Below, in pieces: positions 28,398 through 41,760 of a stretch of 64,000 nucleotides of DNA; position 1 is the stretch's first letter; every line of letters starts with the position of its first letter. The stretch is from Selaginella moellendorffii. Taxonomy: Eukaryota; Plantae; Lycopodiophyta. The position numbers and the translations under genes are program-made. The stretch lies in the NCBI RefSeq assembly GCF_000143415.4, contig NW_003314327.1, forward strand, positions 393,725 to 457,724, in the 5' to 3' direction. The notes below the pieces were generated by a model. It was not told the origin of the DNA, did not search any database, and saw only the letters and a program-made list of their open reading frames with translations.

Positions 28398-29634
28398 TAT
28401 AGCACTTGCTTAATGAGAAAGCCCTTAATGGCTATTTTATCCCTATTTAGTGACCATGTAAACAACTTTAACTACTTATTTATAGTAGTCTATGTAAACC
28501 TTACCTATGGGTTTGGTTTCTTTGCTCATGAGGGTTAGGGCCTCTAGCTTCTCTCTCTATATCACCTATAGGTAGGGGTATATCACTTTTTTGTGAGCTG
28601 GGTGACATTCAGAGTAGCAAGGGTGGTTAACTCTATTAATTATTTCCTTGTCGGTGATGGCTAGAAGGTGTTTAAGTTGTAGTGCAATTGTGTTAGATAG
28701 AGAGGTTGCCTCTTAACTCATTTAAATTTGTGCATTTCTCATAAAGTGTGAATATTATAAACTTTTTCTAGAATTATTTCTTTGGCGGTGATCTAGACTA
28801 GAGTATACATTAACAAGGACGTCAATCTTCCCTAAGGGGGGAGAGTGTTGCAAATATAGCTATGGGTATCCATATAATGCATTTTATTTTTCTCCTTTAG
28901 TGACTATTTTATCCCCATTTATTCTCTAAAGATTCATAGTGACAAATATCCAAATCTTATCCCATAATCATATATGTTACACTCCCCCCCCCCGCCCTTC
29001 TGAAATGTTAATATCCTCATTGATTATTGAATAATGACCCTTATTAAGCCAAGGGGAACCAACAAATCTATTTTTACACTAGATTTACTAATCCTTTTAT
29101 AGTGTAGGCTAGTTATTTTATGTGAGGCAACTAGTTATTCACCCGTACTACAGTCCCATATTAAATACCTTCATTTGTGGATACTCCACAAACAGAAGGA
29201 TGTACATATGGATGCTTAATATATATGATTTCAAATTTAAGGGTAGGAATATATCTAGTATCTACAGATGAAGGATGTATATATTGATGCCCAATATGTA
29301 TGATTTCAAATTTAAGGGTAGGAATATACTTTACTCCGCAATAAATATGGATACCCAATATGTATGATTTTAAATTTAGGGATAGGAATATATCTTATTC
29401 AAGGGTATATTATATTTTAAGTAGCCACTAATCAATGGGAATCAAACCCATGCTCTTTTCTCTGATACCACATGTAATATATTCTATCTCTCTCCCCTTA
29501 AGCCAACTAGAAAAGAGGTAATTGTTTGATAAAAAAGCTCTTAGTGATTATTTTATCCCCATTTATCCTCCAAAGTTCTAAAGATGTATAATAACAATAT
29601 ATTTAAATCTCATCTCATGATTATATACACTACA
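28398..29634. mobile_element. Non-coding TRIM-like insertion(s) within the old copia RNase H region
   Basis: Flanked by TTAAT/TCAAT; termini TATAGCA...CACTACA; tRNA-Met PBS complement TCTGATACCA at 29461-29470; PPT-like tracts at 28836-28845 and 28982-28993; related LTR-like blocks at ~28900-28981 and ~29540-29634; three internal tandem repeats at 29220-29395. Confidence 0.6.
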
Positions 29635-32555
29635 TCAATGTGCTTCAAGTAAGCACACTAGATAAGGTTCTTGAACATGACAATACTACTTAAGTGGTCA
29701 CACTAAGGAGTAAGGCCATCTTGTGCATTGACAGTAGCATCTAAGCCCAAATCACTTCCCTGTTACCAATAGTGAGCGTGATGTACTTAACTTCTATACT
29801 AAAAAGCACCACTTCAATTATCACTTGGAGGCTCACACAATGAGACCTTCTAAGAAGCGAAGGCAAATGTTAGAAGTCAAACAATAACCTTTATTGTTGG
29901 CAAAGCTAGGATTCATGTAGCATGTCAATAATGTATTGCCTTTTGATTAAGAAATGCCATAGTCTATAGTGCCCCAAAAGCATTTGATAATATGCTTAGA
30001 TTAACAATGCATAGTGGTTTGTGATATGCTGTACTCCATAGTTATATACATAATGTTAAGGTGAGTTATCAATGTTAAATACATGAGGCAACCAATAAGA
30101 TGGCAATAGAGAGTCCTAACATGTAGAGGCACACTTAATTGCTCAATTGTGAGATCGATGGCATTGACAACCATCGGCATTTTAATGGGGTGGCAATCAT
30201 GTATACCAAACCAATTAAACAAGACTTTGACCTTATGTTGCTAGTTGAGCATGTAGCCATAGGACATGGGATTGTGTGTGACTTCATAGCTAAAAAAATA
30301 ATAAACTTGGCCAAGGTCCTTTAGAATTACTAGTAATGGCATTGGGGTCATCACCAATGATTAACAATCATCATCATAGGGGGCTATGATGAGTATGCTC
30401 CTGGCATAACCTTTCATATACACGTTGTGATTAGCATGGGAATAACAAATGAACATATAAGGTATCATCAAATTTTTTATACCAAATATGAAAGCTTTAT
30501 TTCAAGCCATACAAAGTTTTTCACAATTACTATACAACTCCACTATTGAATTTACTTGAACATAGACATTGTTAACTTGAATGGAAGCAATGTTTTCCAC
30601 AAAGGCTTCCATCCAAAATGGAGTTTTAGATTGAGACAGCTTGATTATAGGTCATGGGAATGTTAGTATACCTAAAGCCTTAAAAGACATTAAACTTTAT
30701 AGCATCTATTTTAGCATTTTCTTGAACTTTCAATTAGAGTTGATATTCTCAGGAGAATTGGCATCGAATCAATATTGACAAAGTGGCAAGGTGTTAGAGG
30801 TTTATTCTTGATTAGACAAGAATTTGTAGTTCAAGCATGTTTAAAAGTGGAAGATTCCCTAGGGGAAGCTTTGGTGGTAATGCATAAATAAGATCTAGAG
30901 GCAAAGGTAAGAGTGGACCATTTTGCATGAGTGAGATTAAAGGATAAAGTTGAGCCTCATCAATGAAAAAGGATTTTGAAGAGGTTATCTTTATTGAATA
31001 TGACATTCATATTTACAAGGGCCTTGTGAGATGCAAGATCCCATAATTTGTAAATGTTTCTTTTAATGGCATTGTCTTATGTATAAGTTATAAAGATTAA
31101 TTTCTTACTTTTGGGATCTAGCTTTTTTCGAAGTTGATCAAAGGTATGCACATATGCTACACAATTAAAAGCCCAAAAATGGGATATATAAGGAATAGAG
31201 TCTATCTAAAATGTCTTGCCATTTGCTATAGCTATGGTCTCTTATAAAATGTTTTATTGAGATATGCATCAATTAACAAAAGGTGGGCAACATTGACAAG
31301 AGTATGATTCTTTCTTTTCACAACACTATTTTACTGAGGAGTGTAATAGGCTATAACTTGAAATTGTACGCGTATATCATAATAATTACCCAAATCTCAT
31401 TGTTGAGGTGTTCACCACCACTGTCAAGCCAAAGAGCTTTTATCTTGTAGTAAAAAAAATTTCAACAATTGTGTCACTCTTGCCCATCAAAAAGTGGATG
31501 CATGTTTAACAGATATAATTATTAATGAATGTGATTAAGTTTTTTTGCACTATCATGGCTTAGTATGTTTATGGGGCTGCAAAAATTAGAATGGACCAAG
31601 TTTAGAAATCTAGTCACTCAATATTTGTTTAGTGAGAAATTTTTATGGTGATGCTTGCTAGAACACAAGCTTCACAAATTTAGATGGAATACACTGGAAA
31701 TTCAATTTAGTAACAATGTTTTGGGATTTCATCTGATAAAGAAATTAGTAATGTAAATGACCAAGTCTCTTGTGCCAAAGCTCAACATGAAAATCTACTT
31801 CCACAATTTGGAAGACTTGAATTGAGTTAACAACAGTAATCTCATACAAATCCTTTATGCATTTCCCACAAGGAAACCATGTATTAAGTATGGACAAGTT
31901 GCTAGAGCCAACCAAAGAAACTCTCTTTGCATTAAATACTACCATTATACTTTAATTGCATATCTTAGTGACAAACATTAAATTTCATTGTAAGGTGGAA
32001 ATATGTATGGCATCATAAAATGCCATAATCCTCCCATGATCAAGTGAGACTTGAGATTGCCCGATGCCTTTCACAAGGATAGTGGTATCCTTATTTAAAT
32101 GAACACCATATTTTTCAATGTTTAGCTAGTGATACTCAAAAAGACTTTTCTTTATTGCCCATAAGATTAGTACAACTAGAGTTTAGGAGCCACCTACTAG
32201 ATGCCACTGCTTCCTCTGGAGCTCCTTGTCAACCTCATTCCTCAACTCCATCACTCTTGAGTAGACTGGCTTTTGCCATAGTAGCTAATTGCTTGACAAG
32301 CTTTAGAGTTGCAATCTCAAGCCTAGTGGCCCATCTCCGAGCAGTAAGTCCTGATTCTTGATAAATGTTTGGTTAGATTTGCCCTTTCTAGGCACATGGT
32401 TTTTGCCACTTTGGCATCACCAAAAACCTACACAGAATACATAACCTATAGCATTTCAGCTCTTTTGCTCAGCACAGCCTCAATATTGCAAAGACCTCAT
32501 GGCATTTGCCGAAGTCATCCCTAAGTGGAGAAGCAAGCTCTCAACTATGTTTTTT

Positions 32556-35500
32556 TTTAGCAAATCAGGATCAAAGCGCACTGCGCTAGTGGACAGAACA
32601 AGAAAACCCTAATGTACATGTGGCGAGGTGTGTCGTGTAACACTCCCCCCCAAACCAAAGCCACTCACCAAACCAAATCTATCATGTAGGAACTGAAACT
32701 GGTGTGACCCCAAGGGCTTGGTGAGAAGATCGGCTGGCATGTCCTGTGTCCCGAGATGTTGGACAGCCAGGGTGCCACCGTCAACCAACTCACGCACGTA
32801 GTGAAATTGGACTTCAATGTGCTTCGAGCGGGCATGGTGGATGGGGTTTTTGGACATGGCAATGCTGCTTCGGTTGTCACACCAAGAAGTAGTGGGGCCA
32901 GCGTGTGCACATCCTAGCTCAGCAAGTAACCCTTGAGCTCAGACCACGTCCCTGCTACCAATAGTGAGTGCGATGCACTCCGCTTCTGCACTAGAAAGGG
33001 CCACCACGGATTGTCGCTTGGAGGCCCATGTGATGGCATCTCCTGAGAAGGAAAGGCAAATGCCAGAAGTTGAGCGATGACCTTTGTTGTTGACAAAACT
33101 AGCATCCGTGTAGCATGCCAATGATGCATCGCCCCTTGAATAAGCAATGCCATAGTCCATAGTGCCCTGGAGGTATCTCACGATACGCTTGGCAGCTTGC
33201 CAATGTATGGTGGTTGGTGATGTGTTGTACTGACTCAAGGCAATAGTCACATATGTGATGTCGGGGCAAGTCATCAGGGCCAAATATGTGAGGCAACCAA
33301 TGAGATGCCGATAGGGAGTCCCAGTGGGTAGAGGCTCACCAGATTGCTCAACTGTGAAGTCGATAGCACCAACGACCATCGGGGTCTTGACGGGGTGGCA
33401 ATCACGCATACCAAACCGATCCAGCAAGACTTCGACTTTACGTCATTGGCTAAGCATGTAGCCACCAGACTCAAGATCACGTGTGACTTCAAAGCCAAGA
33501 AAGTAGGAGACTTGGCCAAGGTCCTTCATCTAGAATTGCTGGCTGAGAGCAGCTTTCAGAGCAGCAATGGCATCAGTGTCATCACCCATGATGAGCAAAT
33601 CATCAACGTAGAGGGCCACAATAAGCATGTGCTCAGCATGACCATTCACATACACATTGTGATCAGCATGATAGCGACAAAAGCCTTGAGCACGTAGGGT
33701 GGCATCAAATTTTTGATACCAAATAGGGGAGCTATGTTTTAGGCCATACAAAGCTTTCTGCAATTGCCATATAGGGCTACCAGGGGCAACATCGTCCTCA
33801 AAACCAAGAGGTATATGCATATAGATGTCCTCTTGCAAATCCCCATTCAAAAATGCAGTTTTGATGTCCATATGGTGGACTTGCCATTTGCAAGTAGCCG
33901 CAAGTGCAAAAAGAGTATGGAGGCTGGCCATTTTTACAACCAGTGAGAATGTTTCATCATAGTCAAGGCCATGGACTTGGCAAAAACCGCGAACAACCAA
34001 CCATGCCTTATAATGTACAACTTGACCATCTTTCCCATACTTTTTGGAAAAAATCCATTTTGGATCCAAAACACGTCATCCTAGTGGCACTGAATCAACT
34101 GGAACATAAGTTCCATTAACCCGAATGGAAGAAACTTCTTTCGCAATAGCTTCCATCCAAGATGAAGCCTCTCAAGTCTTGAGACGGCCTCATCATAGGT
34201 CATGGGAATGCTGACGTCAACAAGGCCACAAAAGTCATCAAGTTTAGCAGCATCTGCTTCAGCATTTTCCCGGACTTTCAACAAGGGCCGACGTTCCCGG
34301 GGGTGATCGAAAACTAGCATTGGATCAGGCATGCCACGATGTCAACAAGGTGGTGGAGGTGTCGGAGGCCTGTCCTCGACTAGAGGAGCATCAGCTGGTT
34401 CAAGCATGTCCAGAAGTGGAGGATTCCTCAATGGAATCTCTGGTGGCAACTCATGAATAGGATCTTGAGGTGGAGGCAAGAGTGGACAATCTTCTATAAG
34501 TGGGATCAAAGGAACAAGTCGAGTCTCAACAATAAAAGAAGGATCTTGAAGAGCCTTTATATGCATGGGAAAGTCGTCTTCGTTGAACATGACGTCTGTG
34601 CTTACAAGAGCCTTGTGAGATGCAAGATCCCACAACTTGTAAGTTTTTCTCCCGATGGTGTCGTCCTATGCATATCCCACGAAGATGAATTTTTTACTTT
34701 TGGGATCTAGCTTTTGCCGAAATTGATCAGGGGTATGTGCGTATGCTGCACAACCGAAGACCCAAAAGTGGGACACATCAGGAGTAGAACCTATTCAAAA
34801 TGCCTCATGGGTTTTTCCATCCAAAGCAGCTGTGGCAAGGTGATTTTGTACATGCATTGCTGTGGCTATGGCCTCTTGCCAAAACATCTTGTCATGATGT
34901 GCATCAACTAATAAAGCGCGAGCAGCATTGACAAGAGTGTGATTCCTCCTTTCTGTAACACCATTTTGCTGAGGGGTGTAGTGGGCTGTGGCTTGCAGTC
35001 GTATGCCTACATCACGACAGATGCCCCAAAGCTCATTGTTGAGGTATTCACCACCACCATCAACTTGAGCAATTTTTATCTTTTGACCAAGGAGGTTTTC
35101 AACGTAGGATTTGTACGTTTGAAAGGCAGCAACTGCATCACTCTTACGCATCAAGAAGTGGATGCATGTTCGACGGCTATTGTCGCGCATGTGACTTCGG
35201 GTATCGAAAGTTACCTGTCGACTAGTTCTTACGGACACTCTTACCTTACTGCCACGATGGCAGGAGGTCGGTATTGCTGGACCCTTTATCAGCCCCTCTT
35301 GTTCAAGTGTTAGTAAACTGGACTTTGCATCTGTACTTGGCCGGATGAGCATAAGGACGGAATTTCTAAGTGTCTATTCAGCCAAGCATACTTGGCCTGG
35401 CTTTTTAGTTCTCTTTTGCTCTGTCTTGCACTGGCTTGACAAGAACCCTCGCGTATTGAGATTGGTCCCTCAATATCGCTACATGATAGCTTACCGTGTC

Positions 35501-38002
35501 TGCCAAACACCCTCGCTATCATGCCCTTTGTGTTAGTCTCAATTCGGTCCCAAATGCTATTTATGGAAAGTGTCCAGATTTGCTCATTTGGCATATCTAC
35601 GGAATGTAGAGATTGTCCTGAACACAATGGTGTTCGTCCCGTGTCCAAATTCGCAATCTAAGGACATTCCATATTTAGTAAGTTTCAAGTTTGTCCCGGA
35701 GACTAACTCCTGATACTAAGGGAGGCTTGGGGTGAAAGCCCAAAGCGTGTGTTCCTCAAGGGGGGGGGGGGCTGTGGGGGGTTCCAAATGTATAGTAGGG
35801 ATAGTGGGTAGGTCGGGCATGGCCGACCAACCTGAGGCATAGTCTAGCTCCCGCTTGCGTGCCTGTCCTTGTTCTGCGTCCGGCTTGGGTCTAAGCCCAA
35901 GTTCCATTCCATGCTAGTTGGTGGAGTACCCATGTCCTCGCGTTAGGCCACCGGCATGCCAAAATAGCGCCAGAGTCCGTTTGGCTCTGTTTTGCGTGTT
36001 GGTCCTGGCATTGGGATGCTGGTTACTCTAGGACTGTTCCAAGTCGCTCCGGGTTCCTGTCCCTTCGCTCCTTGGGCTTTATGCTCGGGAGTTGCTCCGT
36101 GGTTCGGTTCCGTCACTCCTTGGCTCCATGCTTGGGAGTTTGGCACTGTTCCTTCGTTCAGTGGCCCAAGGCCCTGAACTTCGGGTTCCTATGGACACGT
36201 GGCATGGACACGTGGCATGTGACACGTGGCATCTGTCACGTGGCACAAAGAGGGTTTAGGTTCCGCTTCATGGTGTTATCCTATGGTAAATCACCATAGG
36301 ATAAAGGGTCAAAACCACGTGCGCTACAGCTATAGTCATCAATGAATGTGATGAAGTATTTTGCGCCATCGTGACTTGGGATGTCCATGGGGCCACAAAG
36401 ATCAGAATGGACCAAGTCCAAAAGTCCAAGTGCTCGATGCTTACTCGACTAGAAATTCTAGCAGTGATGCTTGCCTAAAATGCAAGCTTCACAAAATGTA
36501 GATGGGATACATCAGAAATCCAATCCAATAATAATATCTTGGGATTTCATTTGTTGAAGAGATTAGTAATGAACATGACCAAGTCTTTTATGCTAAAGCT
36601 TCACACGAGAATTTGCCTCCACAGTCTGAAAGGCCTGAACCGGGTCGGCAGCAGTAATCTCATACAAGTCCCCAATGCGTTACCTATGAAGCAACTGTGT
36701 ACCAAGCATATGAAAGTTGCTAGAGTCAACCAAAGAGACTCCTTTTGCATCAAAGACTACCACTGCATTTTGATCACATATCTTGGCGATAGACATTAAG
36801 TTTCGTTGGAAGGTGGAAATGTGCATGGCACCATAAAAGGCCATGGTCCTCCCATGATCAAGTGAGAGCCAAAATTGCCTGATGCCTTCCACGGGGATAG
36901 TGGTATTGTCACCTAAATGAACACCATGTTTTCCAATGCTCATCTGATAACACTCAAAAAGACTCTTCTTATTGCTCATAAGATTAGTACAACCAGAGTC
37001 TAAGAGCCACTAGCTTGATGCTGCAATTGCCTCTGTGTTGTAGAGCTCCTCAGTAGCAATTCCATCACACTCGAGCAGATTGGCTTTCACTGGCATAGTT
37101 AGTTGCTTGACAGGCTTGGGAGCAGGGCAATCTCAAGCCCAGTGGCCCATCTCCAAGTAGCGAGCACACTAATTCTTAGCAAGTTTGGGCTTGGCACGCC
37201 CAGATGCCATGGAATTTTGCCCTTTCTGGGCATTTGCAGCTGCATGCAGTTTTGCCACCTTAGCATCACCAAAAGCTTGCGAAGCATACATAGCCCGTGG
37301 CATTTCAGCTCTCTTGCTTTGCATGGCCTCAATGTTGCGAAGACTCCTCACAACATCTGCCCAAGTCATCCCTGGTTGGAGAAGCAGGCTCTCAACTGCA
37401 TTCTTCTAGCTAGCTGGCAAGGACCTATAGAGCCGTAGCCTCTGCTGCTCATCCGTGAGACAGTGCTTCGCCCCAGCAGCCGCAAGTTGTGTGAAGAAGC
37501 CATGGAGCTTGGCAATGTGAGTCTGGATACTGCCATTTTCCTCTAGCCTCAAGGAATCCATTTATGAATGGATGTTAAAGACATCCATTTCACTCTTGGT
37601 GCCGTAGGTGTCATTCAGCCACTTCCAGAGCTCTGCTGCATTGGACTTTGGAATCGATGGGGCAGCAAAGAGAACATTCGAGGACAAGCACATCGCAATA
37701 CTCCCTCTAGCCTTGGAATCCCAAAGGTTCCAATCACGCACCTCAGTAGTGCTAGAGATTGGAGCCGGTGATGACTCTGTCCCATCTACAATCCCCAATA
37801 AACCATGAAACAAGAGATAGGATTCAAGATGGATCTTGAATCCCTCAAACCCTTCTCCATCAAACTCGCAGATGGATGGCTTTCCTTCCATAGTGCTATC
37901 CCAGCTCTGATACCATGAGACAAATTGGGATCAAAGCACACTGCGCTAGTGGACAGAACAGGAAAACCCTAATGTACACGTGGCAAGGTGTGTTGTATAA
38001 CA
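32556..38002 (-). mobile_element. Younger Ty1/copia element (family A) with ~87-bp LTRs; defective
   Basis: 5' LTR 37916-38002, PBS TGGTATCAGAGC 37915-37904, gag ATG 37891, integrase (PQQNGVTERRNHTL), RT (HMDIKTAFLNG, LYVDDLLI), RNase H (YTDAS, SSAEAEC, HARSKHI), PPT 32651-32643, 3' LTR ending 32642; internal stops and frameshifts. Confidence 0.92.
35181..36328. mobile_element. Solo LTR (1148 bp) inserted in the copia integrase
   Basis: TGTCGCGCA...TGCGCTACA termini, perfect 5-bp TSD GCTAT (35176-35180, 36329-36333), no internal domain. Confidence 0.9.
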
Positions 38003-41000
38003 TTTTTAACTAGCCGGTAGGGACTTGTAGAGCCACAGCCTCTACTACTCATCTATGAAACAATATTTTGCCACAAGTTGTGTGAAAAAGACCTAGAGTT
38101 TGGCAGTGTGAGTCTAGATACTACCATTTTCCTCTAGCTTGAGGAGTCCATTTGTGAATGTATGGATGTTAAAGACATTGATCCCACTCTTGACATTACA
38201 AGTGTTGCTCAACCACTTCCAAAGTGCTGCTACAGTGAACTTGGGAATCGATGGAGTAGCAAAGAGAACATTCAAGGACAAGCATATCACAATGCTCTCT
38301 ATAACCTTGGAATCCTAGAGGTTCCAGTCATACACTTCAATAGCACTAAAGCTTGGGACACAAACTATAAAACAAGAGGTAAGATTCAAGATGAATCTTG
38401 AATCCCTCAAAACCTTCTCCATCAAACTCACAGATGGATAGCTTTCCTTCCATAGTGCTATTCCAGCTCCTATACCATGAAAAAAATCAGGATCAAGCAC
38501 ACTACAAACCTAATGTATATGGGGTGAGATGTGTCTTGTAACAGGAAGCTGTGGAGACAAGTGATGACAAGTCTCCACATCAACAAAGAAGACAAGTCAT
38601 TCATCCAAGACACCAACCGCCAAGCGTCACACCCATACCATTATGTACATAACCATACCAAAGAAATGAAGTCGACAGAGCATTCCACACACAAAATCAC
38701 ACATCTACATGGTATCGGGTTTGTTTCGATCCTGATGGCAAAACACTGGCAAACACAGCAATGCGACAAGCAGGACCGCACTAGGGCTCTCACAGTCTTT
38801 GCTAGGATGGAACGACAGATTCAAGAACTCAAGCGAGTGCAATGTGATGTCCATCCGTGCCTGTGCCCTAATTGTTGCTCTGTGTGCACGGCGTGTGGGC
38901 ATCCCTTCCAGCAATTCCCACCGCCCCCTCCCCCTCCTCACTTCTAGCTTACTCCGCTGTTTTGTCCTTTCTTCTAGAAACTAATGGCTACTAGTACTCC
39001 ACCTTGCATTACATCTAGAACCACCCTAGCAAGCACCATGGCCATCCCGGCTGGCAACTCGGATGCAGGATGGGAGAAGTTACTCTAGAAGTTCACGAGT
39101 GAGAACATCACGACTTGGAAGACCAAAGTCCAATTAATCTTAATGGCAAAAGATTGTTGGGATTTGGTGGAGAACCGAAGTGAAACCTCAAGATACAGAA
39201 GTAGCCTTACAGGCTACTTGGGACTCCAAGAACCGCAAAGCACTTGGACTGGGTCTTGGAGATGATTGGACTGGGTCTTGGAGATGAATCCTTGATCTAG
39301 AAAAATCTGCCAAGGCCAATTACGACCCTTTTTCCCAAGTCTTTGCAGCCAAAGTTGCTAATGCTAAATTGGTTCTGACCTAGAAATTTTTCTCCCTACA
39401 GATGCAACCTGGTGAGACAATGGCAACATACATCGGGAAGCTCAAGGGCTTAATGCAGCAGCTAAAGGAAGTAGGTGCTACAGTTTTCGATGACTATGCA
39501 AAAGCCTTCCTACTCTACTCTATATCCCCAGAGTTGCAACAATTGTCTTCCATGCTCTCTTTTGTCCCAGGCAAAACCATAGAGGAGCTCTACTCTGATC
39601 TGCTCGAGGAAGAGCGCAAGATTGTTGAGTGTCAAGCTGGCCATCAAGGATCCCCTCAGGTTGCTCGTGAGCAAGCCTTGTTTCTTGGTAAGAAACAATC
39701 GAGTGGGGAGCAGAGGAAAGGAGGCACTAACTATGGGCCTTGTATCTCTTTTGCTACAACTCCCAACTTTGGATCTAACTTCTCCAAGAAGAAAAAGGGT
39801 CTTTGCAACTATTGTGGAAAGATGGGGCATGTCGAGCATGAGTGTCATGCAAAGAAGGTTGCCACCCAGTGCATGCTTACCCAGAGCAACTCGTTGTTGA
39901 TGATGGTTCTTTACGTATCATTGGTGTCTACTCTTGAGGTTCTATAGCTGGATAGTGGTGCCTCCTTTCACATGACTCCCTTAAAGTCTGCATTTCACAC
40001 TTATAAGGCTCTTCAAGCTCCACAACAGGTTTATGTCAGCGACAAGCGACCATTCCAGGTGGAAGGTTGTGGCATGGTGGTGATTAGACTACCCAATGGA
40101 CTTCTTAAGGAGGTTCATCACGTGCACTTTGTATTTGAAGTAACGCAGACAATTCTTTCTATAAGTGCAGCCTCATATCAAGGCTTTACTACCACCTTCT
40201 TCCCAAAAGGGTGCACCATTTATGGTCGTGATGGTACTCTTGTAGCCAGTGGCATGAGGTATGAAACACTCCACTATTTAAATGTAGAATTGGTTTTTCC
40301 AGCTCAAGTGCTTGCTTTCCGAGCACAAGACACCATTGAGCTCTAGCATGCTCGTCTAGGGCATGTCAATGAATGAGACTAACACGCCTTAACTCGTAAC
40401 CAGCATGCTAAAGGCATCATACTCCTAGCTGGCCATTTGGGCGTGTGTGAAACTTGCCATCTTGGGAAGCAAGTTTGCCTTCTTTTTCCATCAAGAACCA
40501 TGGAGGACCAAGTTACAGGCTTACTGGATCTAGTTCACAATGACATGTGTTACTTGCCCATGGAAACACTCAGTTGCAAGAGTTTATCAATGACCATTCC
40601 AAATACACTATAGTGATGTAAGCTACAAATTTTTCCTTTCCAATTTGCCAGTTTACCTCGTCTATCCGACCAACACTGCCTTGGCTTTAGCTAAGTTCCC
40701 TTGCCAAGGTTCTCACCTATGGTACTAACTCCTACTTGGTCCTACTTGGTATCAACTACTCACTGCACAAGCAATAGAGCATTAGCCATCCATCCACAGA
40801 TTCCTAAATCTCTCCCAATCCTCCTCCCCGTGTTAGACTGGACTTAAAGTTTGGTTACACTCCTTGCAGGCAGAAGCAGCCAAGCACACCAAGCCTCTAG
40901 GTTCTTAATATCCCTTGGTACCACAAGACTTGATCATGGGACCCTCTAAATCCCAAATTTTGGGGCCAACCCATTTTTGGGGCCCCCGGGGGGAAACCCT

Positions 41001-41433
41001 GGGCCCTAATGCCCTAGTAGGGGTACTTTTACCCCCCCCCCCCCCCCCCCCCCCCTCTTCCATCCCGAAGGGAAGGCCCAAACCCCTAGGAAGGGCGAGG
41101 ACCAATGAGCCACAAGGTACTCAAATGGGGCCCCCCCCCCCATGAGCTAGGAGCCCCGCAATCGGTTTCCCTTTTGGGAGGGGGAGATGCTCTTGAGCAC
41201 TTCCTGGGGGGGCCCCTCCAGCACCACCTCAGTCCATGCTCACTCCCACCCAAGGCCCCTGGGCCCTAGTTTCAACCTCAAGTTAGTTTGGAAGCCCCCC
41301 TGGAAAGTTCTTTCAAGACTAATTCTTAGACCCCACTATCCCTACTATACTTTGGGAACCTCCGGAAGCCCTCCCCCCCCCCCCCCCCCCGAGAGATGCA
41401 CGCTTTGGGCTTTCACCCCTTGACCTGTATTAG

Positions 41434-41760
41434 TACTCGGACTCGGTCTCGGACTCGGACTCGATCTCGGACTCAGTCTCGGACTCGATCTCAGACTCGA
41501 TCTTGGACCCGACCTCGGACCCGGTCTCGGACCCGACCTCGAACTCGGTCTCAGACTTGATCTCGGACTCGACCTCGGACCCGATCTCAGACTTGACTTC
41601 GGACTCGAACTTGGACTCGAACTCGGACTCGGTCTCGGACTCTGTCTCAAACTCGGTTTCGAACTCGGTCTCAAACTCGGAGTCAGCCTCGGACTCGATC
41701 CCAAACTCTGTCTCGAACTTGGTCTCAAAGTCGGTCTGGACTCAATCTGGACTCGTCCCA
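41434..41760. repeat. Degenerate 6/12-bp (GACTCG-type) tandem repeat inside the gypsy LTR
   Basis: gactcggtctcg/gactcgatctcg units; counterpart in the other LTR at 48293-48560. Confidence 0.9.

Larger units (their letters stand above)
28164..38543 (-). mobile_element. Old, decayed Ty1/copia element (family A) hosting nested insertions
   Basis: Short LTR relics ~28164-28245 and 38478-38543, PBS relic ending 38477; gag/pol relics at 28250-28397, 29635-32555 and 38003-38451 are colinear with the younger copy inside it. Confidence 0.8.

Noticed and set aside
34795-35352. 185-aa ORF with a novel N-terminus on an integrase core
   Set aside because: Artefact of reading from the solo LTR across the 35181 junction into the copia integrase
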